Part shown: piece after piece, positions 39,164 to 52,430 of the stretch
Numbering within the stretch: the stretch's first letter is position 1
How the letters are laid out: each line of letters starts with the position of its first letter
Origin: Narcine bancroftii
Taxonomy: Eukaryota
NCBI RefSeq assembly: GCF_036971445.1
Contig: NC_091472.1
Location: 2,852,001 to 2,916,000 of the forward strand
DNA: 64,000 nt
Direction of reading: 5' to 3'
Position numbers and translations under genes: made by a program
Notes under the pieces: generated by a model
Seen by the model: the letters and a program-made list of their open reading frames with translations, nothing else
Database searches by the model: none
What the model was told of the DNA's origin: nothing

Positions 39164-42100
39164 CCACCTACCCAGTCCCTTGCCCATAACCCTCCTAACC
39201 CCTCACATCCATGTACTCATCTAATCTCCTCTTTAATTACAGAATTACCCTGCCACAACTACTTCTTCTGGAGTTCATTCCACTCAGCCACGACTCTCTG
39301 AGTGAAGAAGCATCCTCGTATATTACTTCTAAAGTTTTGCCCCCTGACCCTTAACTTATGACCCCTTGTTCCAGTCTCTCCCACTCTCAGGGGAAGGACC
39401 CTATTCACATCTACTCTATCTATTCCCTTCATAATGTTAAATACCTCTATCAAATCCTCTCTCAACCTTCTACGGTCCAATGAGTAAAGTCCCAGTCTAC
39501 TCAATCTTTCTCCGTATTCAAGATACTGCAATCCAGGCAGCATTTTCGTAAACCTTCTTTGTACCCTCTCAACCTTATTTATATCCTTCCTATAACTTTG
39601 AGAATAGAACTGCAACAAACTTGGCCTCACCAATGCCTTAAACAGTCTCAACATCACCTCCCAGCTCCTATATTCTATGCTATGATTTAGAATACCAAAA
39701 GCCTTCTTCACCACCCTATCTACATGGGAATCCACCTTCAAGGAATGCTGAACCATTATTCTAAGATCTCTCTGTCCCTCTTCTTTCCTCAATCCCCTCC
39801 CCTTCACTGCAAACGTCCTATTTTGGTTATTCTTCCCAAAATGAAGCACCTCACACTTATCTACATTAAACTCCATCTTCCACCTTTCCGCCCGTCTTTC
39901 CAAAGAGTTCAAATCCTTCTGTAATCCATGAAAACCCTCCTCACTATCCACAACTCCCCCTATTTTTGTATTGTCTGCATTTTTATTCACCCAATTTACC
40001 ACTCTGTCATCCAAATTATTAATATAAATGATGAACAACAAAGGACCCAACACTGATTCCTGTGGCACACCGCTCATCACCGGCCTCCATCCTGATGGAC
40101 AATTGTCCACCATAAATCACTGGTGCCCATCTTCCAGCCATCGTTGAACCCATCTGACTATCTCTATATTAATCTCTAGAGACTGAACCATCCTCACTAA
40201 CTTTTCACGTGGAACTTTATCAAAACCCTTACTAAAATCCACATATACCATGCCAGCTGCTCTACCTTCATCAACCTTTCTGGTCACCTCTTCAAAAAAT
40301 TCAACAAGATTCGTTAAAAATGACTTTCCCCTCACAAACCCATTTTGGGTGTCCCTGATCAATCCATGCCTATCCAGATATTTATACATATTATCCCTAA
40401 GAATTCCTTCCATTAGTTCCTCCACCACCGATGTCAAACCTAATGGTCGATAATTGCTTGGCCTAAACCTTGTGCCCTTTGGAATCATGGAATCATGTTT
40501 GCAACCCGCTAATCCCACGGCACCACCCCCTCCTCCAGTGACTGTTGAAAAATCACTGTCAGCGCCTCCACTATTTCCTCCCTGACTTCCCTTAAGGTCC
40601 TGGGAAAAATCCCATCAGGACCAGGAGACTTACCTACCTTTATATACCCCAGAAGTTCTAAAATCCCCTCTTTACTAATCCCTATCTTTTCCATAACTAA
40701 CCTTTTGCCTCACTTATGCTACACAATTCAATATCTCTTTCCCTCATCAACACCAATGAGAAGAATGTATTCAGTATCTCTCCCATCACATATGGTTCTT
40801 CACACATTCCTCTGCTCTGATTTCCAGTGGACCTATTCTATCCTTGAGGTGAATGCAGAAAATGGATTTTGAACTGGTTCTGGAGGTGTAGAACCTTGGG
40901 TTGTAAGTGATGGTATTGTTGGGAATCCTTGGGTTGTAAGTGATTCTCCAGCAACATGAAGAGACATCAATGGTTGCGTATGACCAACTCCCATGGTCAT
41001 TCTCCTTTCAGGAAGATCCATATATTGTGCACTCTGGAGAGATTGAATGTCATAGCCCTTTCCATTGGATTGGTCATTGTCATGTGAGAACTAGCAGTGA
41101 CACCATTGGGTCTTTGCTCGAGTCTAATTATTTCTTGTGGCTACGTTACCCATGGCTCTGCTGGAAGGTGAGATGTGAGCCCCTCGGGTTGGTCACTTTG
41201 AATGACAAATCTTGCAGAAGCCTGAGCTAATAGCACATTGTTCCTCAAGCTCTAGTCTTTTCTTTTATCTGTTCAATAATCTTTTCTGTTCCTCACTCAT
41301 CATTTTCTGTTCCTCACTCACCATTTGTATCTTCAGTTATTGACGTAATTTGTACCCCCTTATCCTCTAAATCATATCTTTTCTCCAAACACTATTGTTG
41401 GGCTCAGACAGTAGACATGTCTGCTTGTGCCTTAACTGGCATAGCTGATCTGCTTGAAGCATGTGAAGTTGTACTTGCTCGAGATGCCTTTGAAGACTTT
41501 GAAGATCTTCCCTAACCTTGGAAATACTATCATCAAGATTACATTTGAACTTTTAGTTACCGCTGAATGAGTCTCTATCTTCAACATTTCACTTGGTACA
41601 GCATCAACGGGACTGAGCAATGTACATTCATCTGTTCCTGTTCCATTAACCTTGAATCCAATGCTGTTACTGAGTCCTCTTCTTGCTTGCTAGTTGAAGC
41701 TGCTTCTTCTTCGGCTACTGGCTCCAACCTCCTGCCAAGCATTGTTGGTCCACCTTGCTGGTTCAACTCAAGATCACACAATTCTTTGAGAGGAGCTGTT
41801 TGTTCAAGGTCTTTAGTCTGACAAGCCTTCTTCTTATCTATCTTGGGATCTTCATGTTGCAGCCTGGCTTCTCCTGGTTCCTGGGAACTGTAAATGAATG
41901 TTCTATCTTACTTGGTCCCTTTAAGAGAGTTGCCGCTGGCTGAATTGACTCTGTGGTTCTGCACACAAGCTTTCTTAGCTGGATGTTTTCTGTTTCTCAG
42001 AACCTATTCTGGGCTTCCTGCCAATTCTGCTACTAAAGCTCTGGCTTATCCTTGTCAAGGTCACAGGTGTCAGGCCAGACCTCAGCTCAATTTCAAACTG

Positions 42101-43029
42101 CAAAATTCACAGACATGTTCCCAAAGACTTCTGGAATATTCTACTATCACAGCGTGGATATCTCTTGACTTTAAATCAAATGGTTAATTCTTTTTTATAA
42201 TTTTTGCAAGCCTTTCTTCCAAATTTCACAATTAAATTTTTCTTTGAATCAAAATATAGATGACACTTTCCTTATTCTAATATTTCCCAATTCCAAAGTA
42301 TCATCTTCCAAAGAGTGAGGTCTGATATCCTGAATTTTGATCTCGTTAATCCAATAAATCCAACTCTGTGGCTTTTAATTCATTGATAGAACATAAAATT
42401 TTGCATAAATTCACATTAAGACTTTCATAATGATGAATAACAAATACTATACGATGATACAAAAGATATAAAAAGCTTTGAAGAAATACACAAGCTTTAA
42501 TGAGATACATAAACGTATTTGAAGAGATACAAATTCAAAGAAAAAAATTCTCGTCCTCACACTTGGTTCAAATCTGGATGAATAATGAGCAAGTGGTTAG
42601 CCTGTGTGGATATTATGACAACATCATAGTTTACCATGGTAACACGACAAATAATAGTTCTCTGAAAGAGACAGGCACAAAATTAACTAAGAATCAAAAA
42701 ACTCAAGGTTTTAACCTTTACACAGGCTTCCGTTCACTGAAGACTGAACATGCACTCATGTTTCTGGCCTGATTCCAGAGTTCATTCTGAAGGAGGGACT
42801 TGGGCATAACCACCTTTATTAGGGAATTGCAAGGGGAGGAGTAACAGGGTGAGACACCAGGGAGGCAGGCCAGCCCAACACAGAGGCAGTAAAAATGGAA
42901 CAATAACATTGCTGTGGTATCACCACATCATGTATAATGCTTGAGCTCTTGGAAGGGTTAAAATATATCTGCTATATACAGTATCATATTTGACCTGCTG
43001 ACTTTCTCCAGCATTGTGCTTTTACTTGG

Positions 43030-43695
43030 ACCCATCAAACATTACAGTCCAGAAACAGCCCCCTTTGGCCCTTATAGTTGGTGCTGAACAATTTTTTGGC
43101 CTAGTCTCAATGGCCTGCACCCATTCCATATCCACCCCCCCCACCCCACTCCCATCCACGTACCTGTCCAAATTTTTCTTAAATATTAAAATTGAGCCCA
43201 CAATCACCACTGCAGCTGGCAGCTCGTTCCACACTCCCTCCACTCTCTGTGTGAAGAAGTTTTCCCTCATGTTCCCCAAATACTTTCCCTTTTCACCCTT
43301 ACCCCATGTCCTCTGGTTTGGATCTCACCCACCCTCAGGGGAAAATCCCGATCTACGTTTATTCTGTATATCCCCCTCATAATTTTAAATACCTTGATCA
43401 AATCTCCCCACATTCTTTTACACTCCAGGGAATAAAGTCTAAACCTGTTCAACCTTTTCCTGTAACTCAGTTCCTGAAGTCCAGGCAACATCCTAGTAAA
43501 TCTTCTCTGCACTCTTTCTATCTTATCGATATCTTTCCTGTAAAATGACCAAAACTGCACACACTACTCCAAATTTGACCTCACCAGTGTCTTATACAAC
43601 TTTACAATAACATCCCAACTCCTGGACTCAATATTTGATTTATGAAGGCCCATATGCCAAAGGGTCTCTTGACAACCCGATCGAACTGTGACACA
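43030..43695 (-). mobile_element. CR1 LINE 3' fragment
   Basis: ORFs 43022-43279 and 43267-43560 (QFWS...ERVQRRFTRMLPG). Confidence 0.9.
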
Positions 43696-43769
43696 CTTTC
43701 GGGGAATTAAATTCTTTACATCAGTTCTATTTCCAGTCATGTTCCTGTGTGAACGTCTCATCAGTTTCT

Positions 43770-45675
43770 TTCTTAAGAAAGAAATTAGAAAGGCCAAAAA
43801 AAGACACGAAGAGGCTTTGGCAGACAGAGTAAAAATAAATCCAAAGGGTTTCTATAAGTACATTAAAAGTAAAAGATTAGTGAGAGATAAAATTGGACCC
43901 CTTGTAGATAGCGAGGGTCGGTTGAGTGAGAAGTCTGAGGAAATGGGGGAAATTTTGAATGATTTCTTTGCCTCGGTATTCACTAGGGAAAAAAATATTG
44001 AACCAGTTGGAGTAAAGAAAAATAGGGGAGAGGTCATGAAGCATATAAGGATAACCGAGGAGGTAGTGATGGCTGTGTTGAAAAAGATAAAGGTGGATAA
44101 ATCTCCGGGACTGGACAAAATATTCCCAAGGACACTCAGGGAGGGTATTGGCAAGTGGGGCCATTAACAGAGATATTTAGGATGTCACTGGCCACAGGGG
44201 TGGTGCCAAAGGATTGGAGGGTGGCGCATGTGGTTCCGCTGTTTAAGAAAGGGTCCAAATGTAAACCTGGGAATTATAGGCCCGTGAGTCTGACGTCTGT
44301 GGTGGGCAAGTTGATGGAAAGTGTTCTGAGGGATGGTATTTACAAATATTTGGAGGTACAGGGATTGATAGGGAGTAATCCGCATGGTTTTGTCAGGGGT
44401 AGATCATGCTTAACAAACCTTATAGAGTTTTTCGAGGGGGTTACAAAAAAGGTTGATGAAGGGAAAGCTGTGGATGTTGTCTATTTAGATTTTAGTAAAG
44501 CTTTTGACAAAGTTCCCCATAGGAGGTTAGGAAAAAAGGTGGAGGCATTAGGTATAGATAAGGAGGTAGTGAAATGGATTCAGCAGTGGTTGGATGGGAG
44601 GTGCCAGAGAGTAGTGGTAGAAAATTGTTTGTCTAATTGGAGGCCGGTGACTAGTGGAGTTCCTCAGGGATCAGTCCTGGGTCCACTATTGTTTGTTATA
44701 TATATTAACGATCTGGATGTAGGGGTGGAGAATTGGATAAGCAAGTTTGCGGATGACACAAAGATTGGTGGTGTTGTGGACAGTGAGGTAGATTACCGTA
44801 GATTAAAAGGTGATTTAGGAAGGCTGGAGGTGTGGGCTGAGAAATGGCTGATGGAATTTAATACAGATAAGTGTGAGGTGTTACATTTTGGAAAGGCAAA
44901 TCTAAATAGGTCATATGCATTAAATGGTAGACAATTGAGGAGTGCAGAGCAACAAAGGGATTTAGGAGTGATGGTAAATAGTACCCTCAAGGCTGATACT
45001 CAGGTAGATGGTGTGGTGAAGAAGGCATTTGGAATGTTGGCCTTCATAAATTGGAGTATTGAATTCAAGAGTAGGGAGGTTATGATGAAATTGTACAAGG
45101 CATTGGTGAGGCCAAATTTGGAGTACTGTGTACAGTTTTGGTCACCAAATTATAGGAAAGATATAAACAAAATAGAGAGAGTGCAGAGAAGGTTCACGAG
45201 AATGTTGACAGGATTTCAGGGTCTGAGTTACAGGGAAAGGTTGTGGAGACTGGGGCTTTTTTCTCTGGAGCGTAGAAGATTGAGAGGGGACTTGATAGAG
45301 GTGTTTAAGATTTTAAAAGGGACAGAAAGAGTAAATGTGGATAGGCTTTTTCAATTAAGAAAGGGGGAGATCAAACTAGAGGACATGGTTTAAGATTGAA
45401 GGGGGAAAATTATAAGGGGAACATGAGGGGAAATTTCTTTACGCAGAGGGTGGTGGGGATGTGGAATGAGCTTCCGGCAGACGTGGTCGAGGTGGGATGA
45501 TTGGTTACATTTAAGGAAAAACTGGATCGTTACATGGATAGGAGGGGACTAGAGGGGTATGGACCGGGTGCTGGTCAGTGGGACTAGGAGGGTGGGGATT
45601 TGCTACGGCATGGACTAGTAGGGCTGAACTGGCCTGTTCTGTGCTGTAAGTGGTTATATGGTTATATGGTTATAG
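43770..45675 (+). mobile_element. CR1 LINE, 5'-truncated, young
   Basis: 412-aa RT ORF at 44155-45393 with FADD; (tggttata)n tail. Confidence 0.95.
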
Positions 45676-45985
45676 TAATGGGGATACCATGTTTAACAAG
45701 AATATCTGCATACCTGGGGTCAAGGGCCTTACACGAATGTGCTGGAGAAACTCAACGAAACGCAATGGCAGCACTGACGCTGGAGATGATCCATTTCCCC
45801 ACTCAGCCCCACTGCCTGGCCTTCTCTCCGTAGCCTTTGATGCCCTGGCTAATCAAGAACCTATCAATCTTTGCCTTAAATACTCCCAATGACCCAGCCT
45901 CCACAACCCCCTGTGACAACAAATTCCACAGATTCACCTCCCTCTGGATAAAGAAATTCTTCAGCATCTCTGTTCTAAGTGGACA

Positions 45986-48900
45986 CATAACATAACATAA
46001 CATAACATAACATAACAATTACAGCACGGAAACAGGACATTAGGCCCTTCTAGTCCGCACCGGACCAAACACCCCTTTCTAGTCCCACCTCCCTGCACAA
46101 TGCCCATAACCCTCCATCTTCTTCTCATCCATATACCTGTCCAACCTTTTCTTAAATAATACAATTGACTCCGCCGCCACTATTTCTCCCGGAAGATCAT
46201 TCCACACAGCTACCACTCTCTGAGTAAAGAAGTTCCCCCTCATGTTACCTCTAAACCTCTGCCCCTTAATTCTTAACTCATGTCCTCTTGTTTTAATCTT
46301 TCCTCCTCTTAACGGAAATAGTCTATCCACATCCACTCTGTCTATCCCTTTCATAATCTTAAATACTTCTATCAAATCCCCTCTCAACCTTCTACGCTCC
46401 AAAGAATAAAGACCCAATCTGTCCAATCTCTCCCCATACTCCAGATGCTTAAACCCAGGCAACATTCTGGTAAACCTTCTCTGCACTCTCTCCACTCTGT
46501 TTATATCCTTCCTATAATTAGGCGACCAGAACTGCACACAGAACTCCAAATTAGGCCGCACCAACGTCTTATACAATCTCAACATCACCTCCCAACTCCT
46601 ATATTCCATGCAATGATTGATAAAGGCCAGCATACTAAAAGCCTTCTTCACCACCCTATTCACGTGAGTTTCTACCTTCAGGGAACGATGTACCGTCACT
46701 CCTAAATCTTTCTGCTCTTCTGTATTCCTCAATGCTCTCCCATTTACCACGTATGTCCTATTCTGATTCTTCTTACCAAAATGAAGCACCTCACATTTAT
46801 CAGCATTAAATTCCATCTGCCATTTTTCAGCCCACTTTTCTAAGCAGCCCAAATCCCTCTGCAATCCTAGAAAACCTTCTTCATTATCCACTATTCCACC
46901 TATCTTAGTATCGTCTGCATATTTACTAATCCAATTCACCACCTCATCATCTAGATCATTAATGTATATAACGAACAACAATGGGCCCAATACAGATCCT
47001 TGAGGCACACCACTGGTCACCGGCCTCCAACCTGACAGACAATTATCCACTACCACTCTCTGGCCTCTCCCTTTCAGCCAATGTTCAATCCATTTGACTA
47101 TCTCAAAATTTATACCTAAAGACTGCACCTTCCTAACTAACCTTCCATGTGGTACCTTATCGAAGGCCTTACTGAAGTCCACATAGACAACATCCACTGC
47201 GCTACCCTCATCCACATTCCTAGTCACCTCTTCAAAAATTCAATCAGATTGGTCAAACATGACCTTCCTCCCACAAATCCATGTTGAGTGCTCCTGATCA
47301 GACCCTGTCTATCCAGATGTTTATAAGTACTATCTCTAAGAATTTTCTCCATTAATTTACCTACCACAGACGTCAAACTTACAGGCCGATAGTTGCCAGG
47401 CTTCCTCCTTGAACCCTTTTTAAATAACGGAACCACATGCGCAATGCGCCAATCCTCCGGCACTATCCCCATATCTAATGACATTCGAAAAATTACCGCC
47501 AGAGCCTCTGCTATTTCCTCCTTCACTTCTCTCAATGTCCTGGGGAAGATCCCGTCTGGTCCCGGAGACTTATCCATCTTTATATTCTTCAAAAGCCTTA
47601 AAACTACACCTTTTGTAATCTCTATATTCCCCATATTTACCCAATTTGCTTTTTTTATCCCACATCTCCCAATATCCTTCTCCTTAGTGAATACTGAAGA
47701 AAAGAAACTGTTCAATATCTCCCCCATTTCTCTAGGTTCCACACACAGTTTTCCACTCTGATTTTCTAAGGGAACAATTTTGTCTCTAGCTTTCCTCTTA
47801 ACATTAACATATTTGTAGAACTCTTTTGGATTAGTTTTCACCCTGCTTGCCATAGTTTTCTCGTACCTTCTTTTAGCTTTCCTAATTCCTCTCTTAAGAT
47901 TCCTCTTACATTCAATGTATCTTTCAAACATCTCCTTAACTCCATGCTTCTTATATCTAATGTACGCCTCCCTTTTTCTTCGAACCAAGTTTCCAATATT
48001 CCTTGAAAACCACGGCTCTCTCAAACCTTTTGCCCCTCCTTTTAACCTAACAGGAACATAAAGCTTTTGCACTCTCAAAATCTGATCTTTAAAAGACTTC
48101 CATCTCTCTACTACATCCTGCCCATAAAACAAATTGTCCCAATGCACACCCTGCAAGTCCTTTCGCATCTCCTCAAATCTAGCTTTTCCCCAATCAAAAA
48201 CCTCAATCCTTGGCCCTGATTTCTCTCTTTCCATAATGACATTGAAGCTGATGGCATTATGATCACTGGACCCGAAGTGCTCGCCAACACTAACCTCCGT
48301 CACTTGACCCATCCCATTTGCCAACAGTAGATCTAACACTGCTCCTTCTCTGGTCGGCACCTCTACATATTGTTGTAAAAAACTATCTTGCACACATTTC
48401 ACAAACTCTAACCCATCCATTCCTTTCACAGAATGTGTTTCCCAATCTATATGTGGAAAATTAAAATCTCCCATAATTACAACCCTGTGCTTATCACAAA
48501 TATCTACTATCTCCCTACAGATTTGCTCCTCTAGGTCTCGGTCCCCTCCGGGTGGTCTATAATACACCCCTACAAGTGTAACCTCTCCTTTCCTACTCCT
48601 CAGTTCCACCCAAATAGCCTCCGTGGATGTGCCCTCTAATCTATCCTTCCTAGGCTCCGCTGTAATATTTTCCCTGACAAGCAATGCAACCCCACCTCCT
48701 CTTGCCCCTCCGACTCTATCACACCTAAAACAACGAAACCCAGGGATATTCAGTTGCCAATCACATCCCTCCTGCAACCATGTCTCACTAATCGCTAACA
48801 CATCATACTTCCAAGTATCAATCCACACCTTCAGCTCATCCACCTTTTTTACAATACTCCTGGCATTAAAATATATGAATTTCAGGGATTTCCCATTTTT

Positions 48901-49620
48901 TAATCCCTGTTTTCCCTCATCTTTAAGAACAACATTATTTACTTTTCCTGACAATTGCCCTTCATCTTCTTCCAGAGCATTTCCCTTCTCTATCACCTGC
49001 CCATCCATATTCAAATACTTACTACAAACTTTCATTGTTTCCATTCTAACCTTCTCCTTACTGCTCTGTACTATTTTGTTCCCTCCCCCCAACCATTCTA
49101 GTTTAAAGGATCCTGAGTAGCCCTAGCAAATACCTCTGCCAGGATTCTGGTCCCCCTGGGATTTAAGTGTTACCCGTCCTTACTGTACAGGTCACATCTC
49201 CCCCAAAAAAGGTCCCAGTTATCCAGAAACTTAAAACCCTGCCCCTTACTCCACCCCTCCACCTCATTCTATTTCTATTCACACTGTCACGTGGCACAGG
49301 GAGTAATCCAGTGATTACCCCCTTTGCGGTCCTTCTTTTTAACTCCCTACCTAACTGCCTGTACTCACTTTTTAGGACCTCTTCTCTATTTCTCCCTATG
49401 TCATTGGTACCTACATGTACCACGACCTCTGGCTCCTGTCCCTCCCACTTTAGGATATCCGGGACACGAGCAGCAACATCCCGGACCCTGGCACCAGGGA
49501 GGCAAACCACCATCCGGTTCTCCTTGCTGCGTCCGCAGAATCCCCTATCCGTCCTCTTAACTATGGAGTCTCCTAGCACAATTGCCCTCCTCTTCCTTTC
49601 CCTCCCTTTCTGAGCTACAA
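45986..49620 (-). mobile_element. Long young CR1 LINE (ORF1 SGNH esterase part plus ORF2 with one frameshift), inserted in an older CR1 3' fragment (45790-45985 plus 49620-49810)
   Basis: GDSIV/VGTND esterase motifs (49163-49620). Endonuclease-RT ORFs 47224-49092 and 46079-47227 (YADD). (cataa)n tail. Confidence 0.95.
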
Positions 49621-49879
49621 TCTTGATGTTGTGCCCTCTTTTCCTAGACTCTCCCACCGTGGGAAACAACTTTTCTACATCTACTCTGTCCAAATTTCAA
49701 AATGTTTCAATGAGATCCCCCCTCATTCTCCTAAATTCCAACGAGTCCAGGCCAAGAGCTGTCAAAAGCTCCTCATTTGATATCCCTTTCATTCCCGGAA
49801 CCATCCTTGCGATGGGACAAATGCAGAGATGATGATTCCTTCACTGAGGCAGAGTCTGGAATTGAGAGATTGCCATGTA

Positions 49880-50990
49880 AATTCAAGTTTATTGTCATCG
49901 TCTTGTACAGCCCGGAGAAACAGCGTTCTCTGGTCCTCGGTGCAAAACACCCAGGCACACACCCAGACAAATCCCACATACAGACACATAATATATGTGC
50001 AGGCAAGTATTTCCTCTCTACCAATCAATCACATTGTTTTGTACATATGAGCATCTCGGAGGGTCAGGGCGAGAGGTTCCTTTGGTCGTTCGGCGATCTC
50101 CCTGCCCGTGGGAAGAGGCTGATCCTCAGACTTATGGCACTGGCTCTGATCTTCCTGGATCTTTTCCCCAACGGGAGCAGCTGAAAGATGCTGCATGTGG
50201 GGTGGAAGGGGTCCTTATTGATTCTGCACACCCTCTTCACACAACAATCCCAAGAGATCACGTCGATGGTGGGGAGGGAGTGATCCTCTCTGCCGCTCTC
50301 GTGGTCCTATGGATTGATCTCCGACCCAATGGTCGACATATTTGCTCCTCTGATTCATTTGACTTACTCGAGAACCTGTTATGCACTCCCATTGAGTACC
50401 TTTCTTGTTTCTCATGAAATTCATTGTTTCGAGGCAGCGTCACAGGGCAAACATTCATATAAACCACCTGACAACAATAAATAAAAATAGCACATGTAAA
50501 GTCAAAGTGAGGCAGCGAGTGGGGTTCATTGATCATTCAGGAATCTGATGGCGGAGGGGAAGAAGCTGTTCTTGTGCCACTGAGGGCTCGTCTTCAGGCT
50601 GCTGTACCTTTTCCCCAATGGTAGTAAAATGAAGAGGGTCATGGGGTGATTGAGACTAGAGGCTGTTTTTTTTAGACACAGTCTCATGTAAATGTCCTTG
50701 CTGGAGTGAAGTCTGTCACAGGCCAAGTTAACGACCCTTTGCAGTTTATTCTTGTCCTGAGAGTCGGCACCTCTATACCAGGCAATGATGCAACCAGCCT
50801 GAATGTTCTCCACAGTACAGGTGAAGAAGTTTACTAATTCTTCAGTGACATACCAAATCTCCCCAAACTTCTCACAAATTCTAGCCACTGGCGAGCCGCC
50901 TTTGTGATTGCATCAACCTGGAAGCTCCAGGACAGATTCTTGGAGACGTTGACACCCAGGAATTTGAAGTTCTTGATGTCCCCACAATAA
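49880..50990 (-). mobile_element. Two Rex1/Babar-like LINE 3' fragments
   Basis: DPFHPTCSIFQLLPLGKR and NFFTCTVENI..GCIIAWY...LQRVVN motifs. Confidence 0.7.
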
Positions 50991-51164
50991 GGACTGGGTC
51001 ATGCTCTGAAGCTTATCCTTGGCCTCACGACGGCAATTGATTCCAGCACCTGGATTTCTTGTGCTTTTCTCTTAGTCCAAGACTTTACCTGTATGCATAT
51101 GTTTTAAATTTAGACATTCAACATGGTAACAGACCCTTTCAGCCCATGAGTCCGTGCCGCTCAT

Positions 51165-52430
51165 TACCATACAACCATATAACAATTACCGCACAGAAAC
51201 AGGCCATTTCAGCCCTTCTCATCTGCACTGAACCAAGTCTTCTCCTCTAGTCTCACCTACCTGTACCTTGCCCATAACCCTCCAATCCCCTCTCATCCAT
51301 ATTCCTATCCAACTTTTCCTTAAATGAAAGAATTGCCTTTTCTGTGACCACCTCTTCTAGAAGGCCATTTCACTCAGCCTCCACTCTCTGAGTGAAGAAG
51401 TTCCCCCTCATGTTAGTTCTAAACCTTTGCCCCTAACTCTTAAATAGTGACGTCTTGTTTGATTCTCACCTTCCCTCAAGGAAAAGAGTCTATTCACATC
51501 TACTCAATCCCCCTCATAATTTTAAATACCTCTATCAATTCCACCCCCCCACCATCCCCAACCTTCTACGCTCCAATGAATAAAGACCCAGTCTACTCAA
51601 TCTTTCTTTGTAATCTGGATTCTGAAATCCAGGCAACATTTTAGTAAATCTTCTCCACACCTTCTCTACCTTATTGATATACTTCCTATAATTTGGAGAC
51701 CAGGATTAAACACAGAATTCCAAATTTGGCCTCACCAATGCCTTGAACAGTCTCAATATCACTTCCCAACTCCGATATTCTATGCTTTGATTTAGAAATG
51801 CCAACGTACCAAAAGCCTTCTTCACCACCCGATCCACATCAGATTTCACCTTCAAAGAATGATGATCCATTATTTCTAGATCTTTCTTTCCTTCTGCATT
51901 CTTCAATGCCCTCCCGTTTATGGCAAATGTCCTGTTTTGATTATTCTCAGTATTAAACACCATCCACCATCTTTCAGCCCACTCTTCTACGCCATCCAAA
52001 TCCTTCTACAATCTTTGAAAACCTACTTCACTATCCACAACTCCACCTATCTTTGTATCGTCCGCGTATTTACTAATCAAGTTACCTTTCCATCATCCAA
52101 ATCATTACTGTAAATGACAAATAACAAGGGACCCAACACCGATCCCTGCGGCACACTGCTCGTCACCGGCTTCCATCCTGACAGACAGTTATCCACTGTG
52201 ACTTTCTGGCATCTACTTTCTAGCCACTGTTGAACGCATTGATTATCTCAAGATTAATATTTAGTGCCTGAACCTCCTTATTAACCTACCTTGTGGAACC
52301 TTATCGAAGGTCTTACTGAAGTCCATATAGTCAACATCGACTGCTCTACCCTCATCAACCTTTCTAGTCACCTCCTCAAAAAATTCAACGTTTTCTCAAA
52401 CATGACCTTCCTCGCACAAACCCATGTTGG
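51165..52430 (-). mobile_element. CR1 LINE fragment (continues at about 55320-55390)
   Basis: RT fragments, e.g. VDRVVKKAFG...LVRPNLEFCV and QHGFVRGRSCL. Confidence 0.85.

Larger units (their letters stand above)
37596..40832 (-). mobile_element. CR1 LINE nested in the BEL element, its 3' UTR split by a solo LTR
   Basis: RT ORFs 39259-40113, 40117-40518 and 40509-40694. The tail at 37596-37679 is continuous with 39164 onward. Confidence 0.88.
29471..42722 (-). mobile_element. BEL/Pao LTR retrotransposon, full span, degraded, with multiple nested insertions
   Basis: LTRs at about 42255-42722 and 29471-29851. 5-bp TSD CAGGC at 29466-29470 and 42723-42727. Gag Cys/His knuckle at about 36830-36930, RT (HLPHHGV...LRVVFD, YVDD), Pao RNase H and LRVGGRL. 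Confidence 0.9.

Noticed and set aside
42723-43030. Possible second leader or constant-domain exon between V1 and V2 (also checked 50990-51165, 56140-56200 and 62886-63166)
   Set aside because: ATGs hit stops quickly, no hydrophobic leader ends at a GT donor, and no C1-type Cys/Trp pattern was found by eye.
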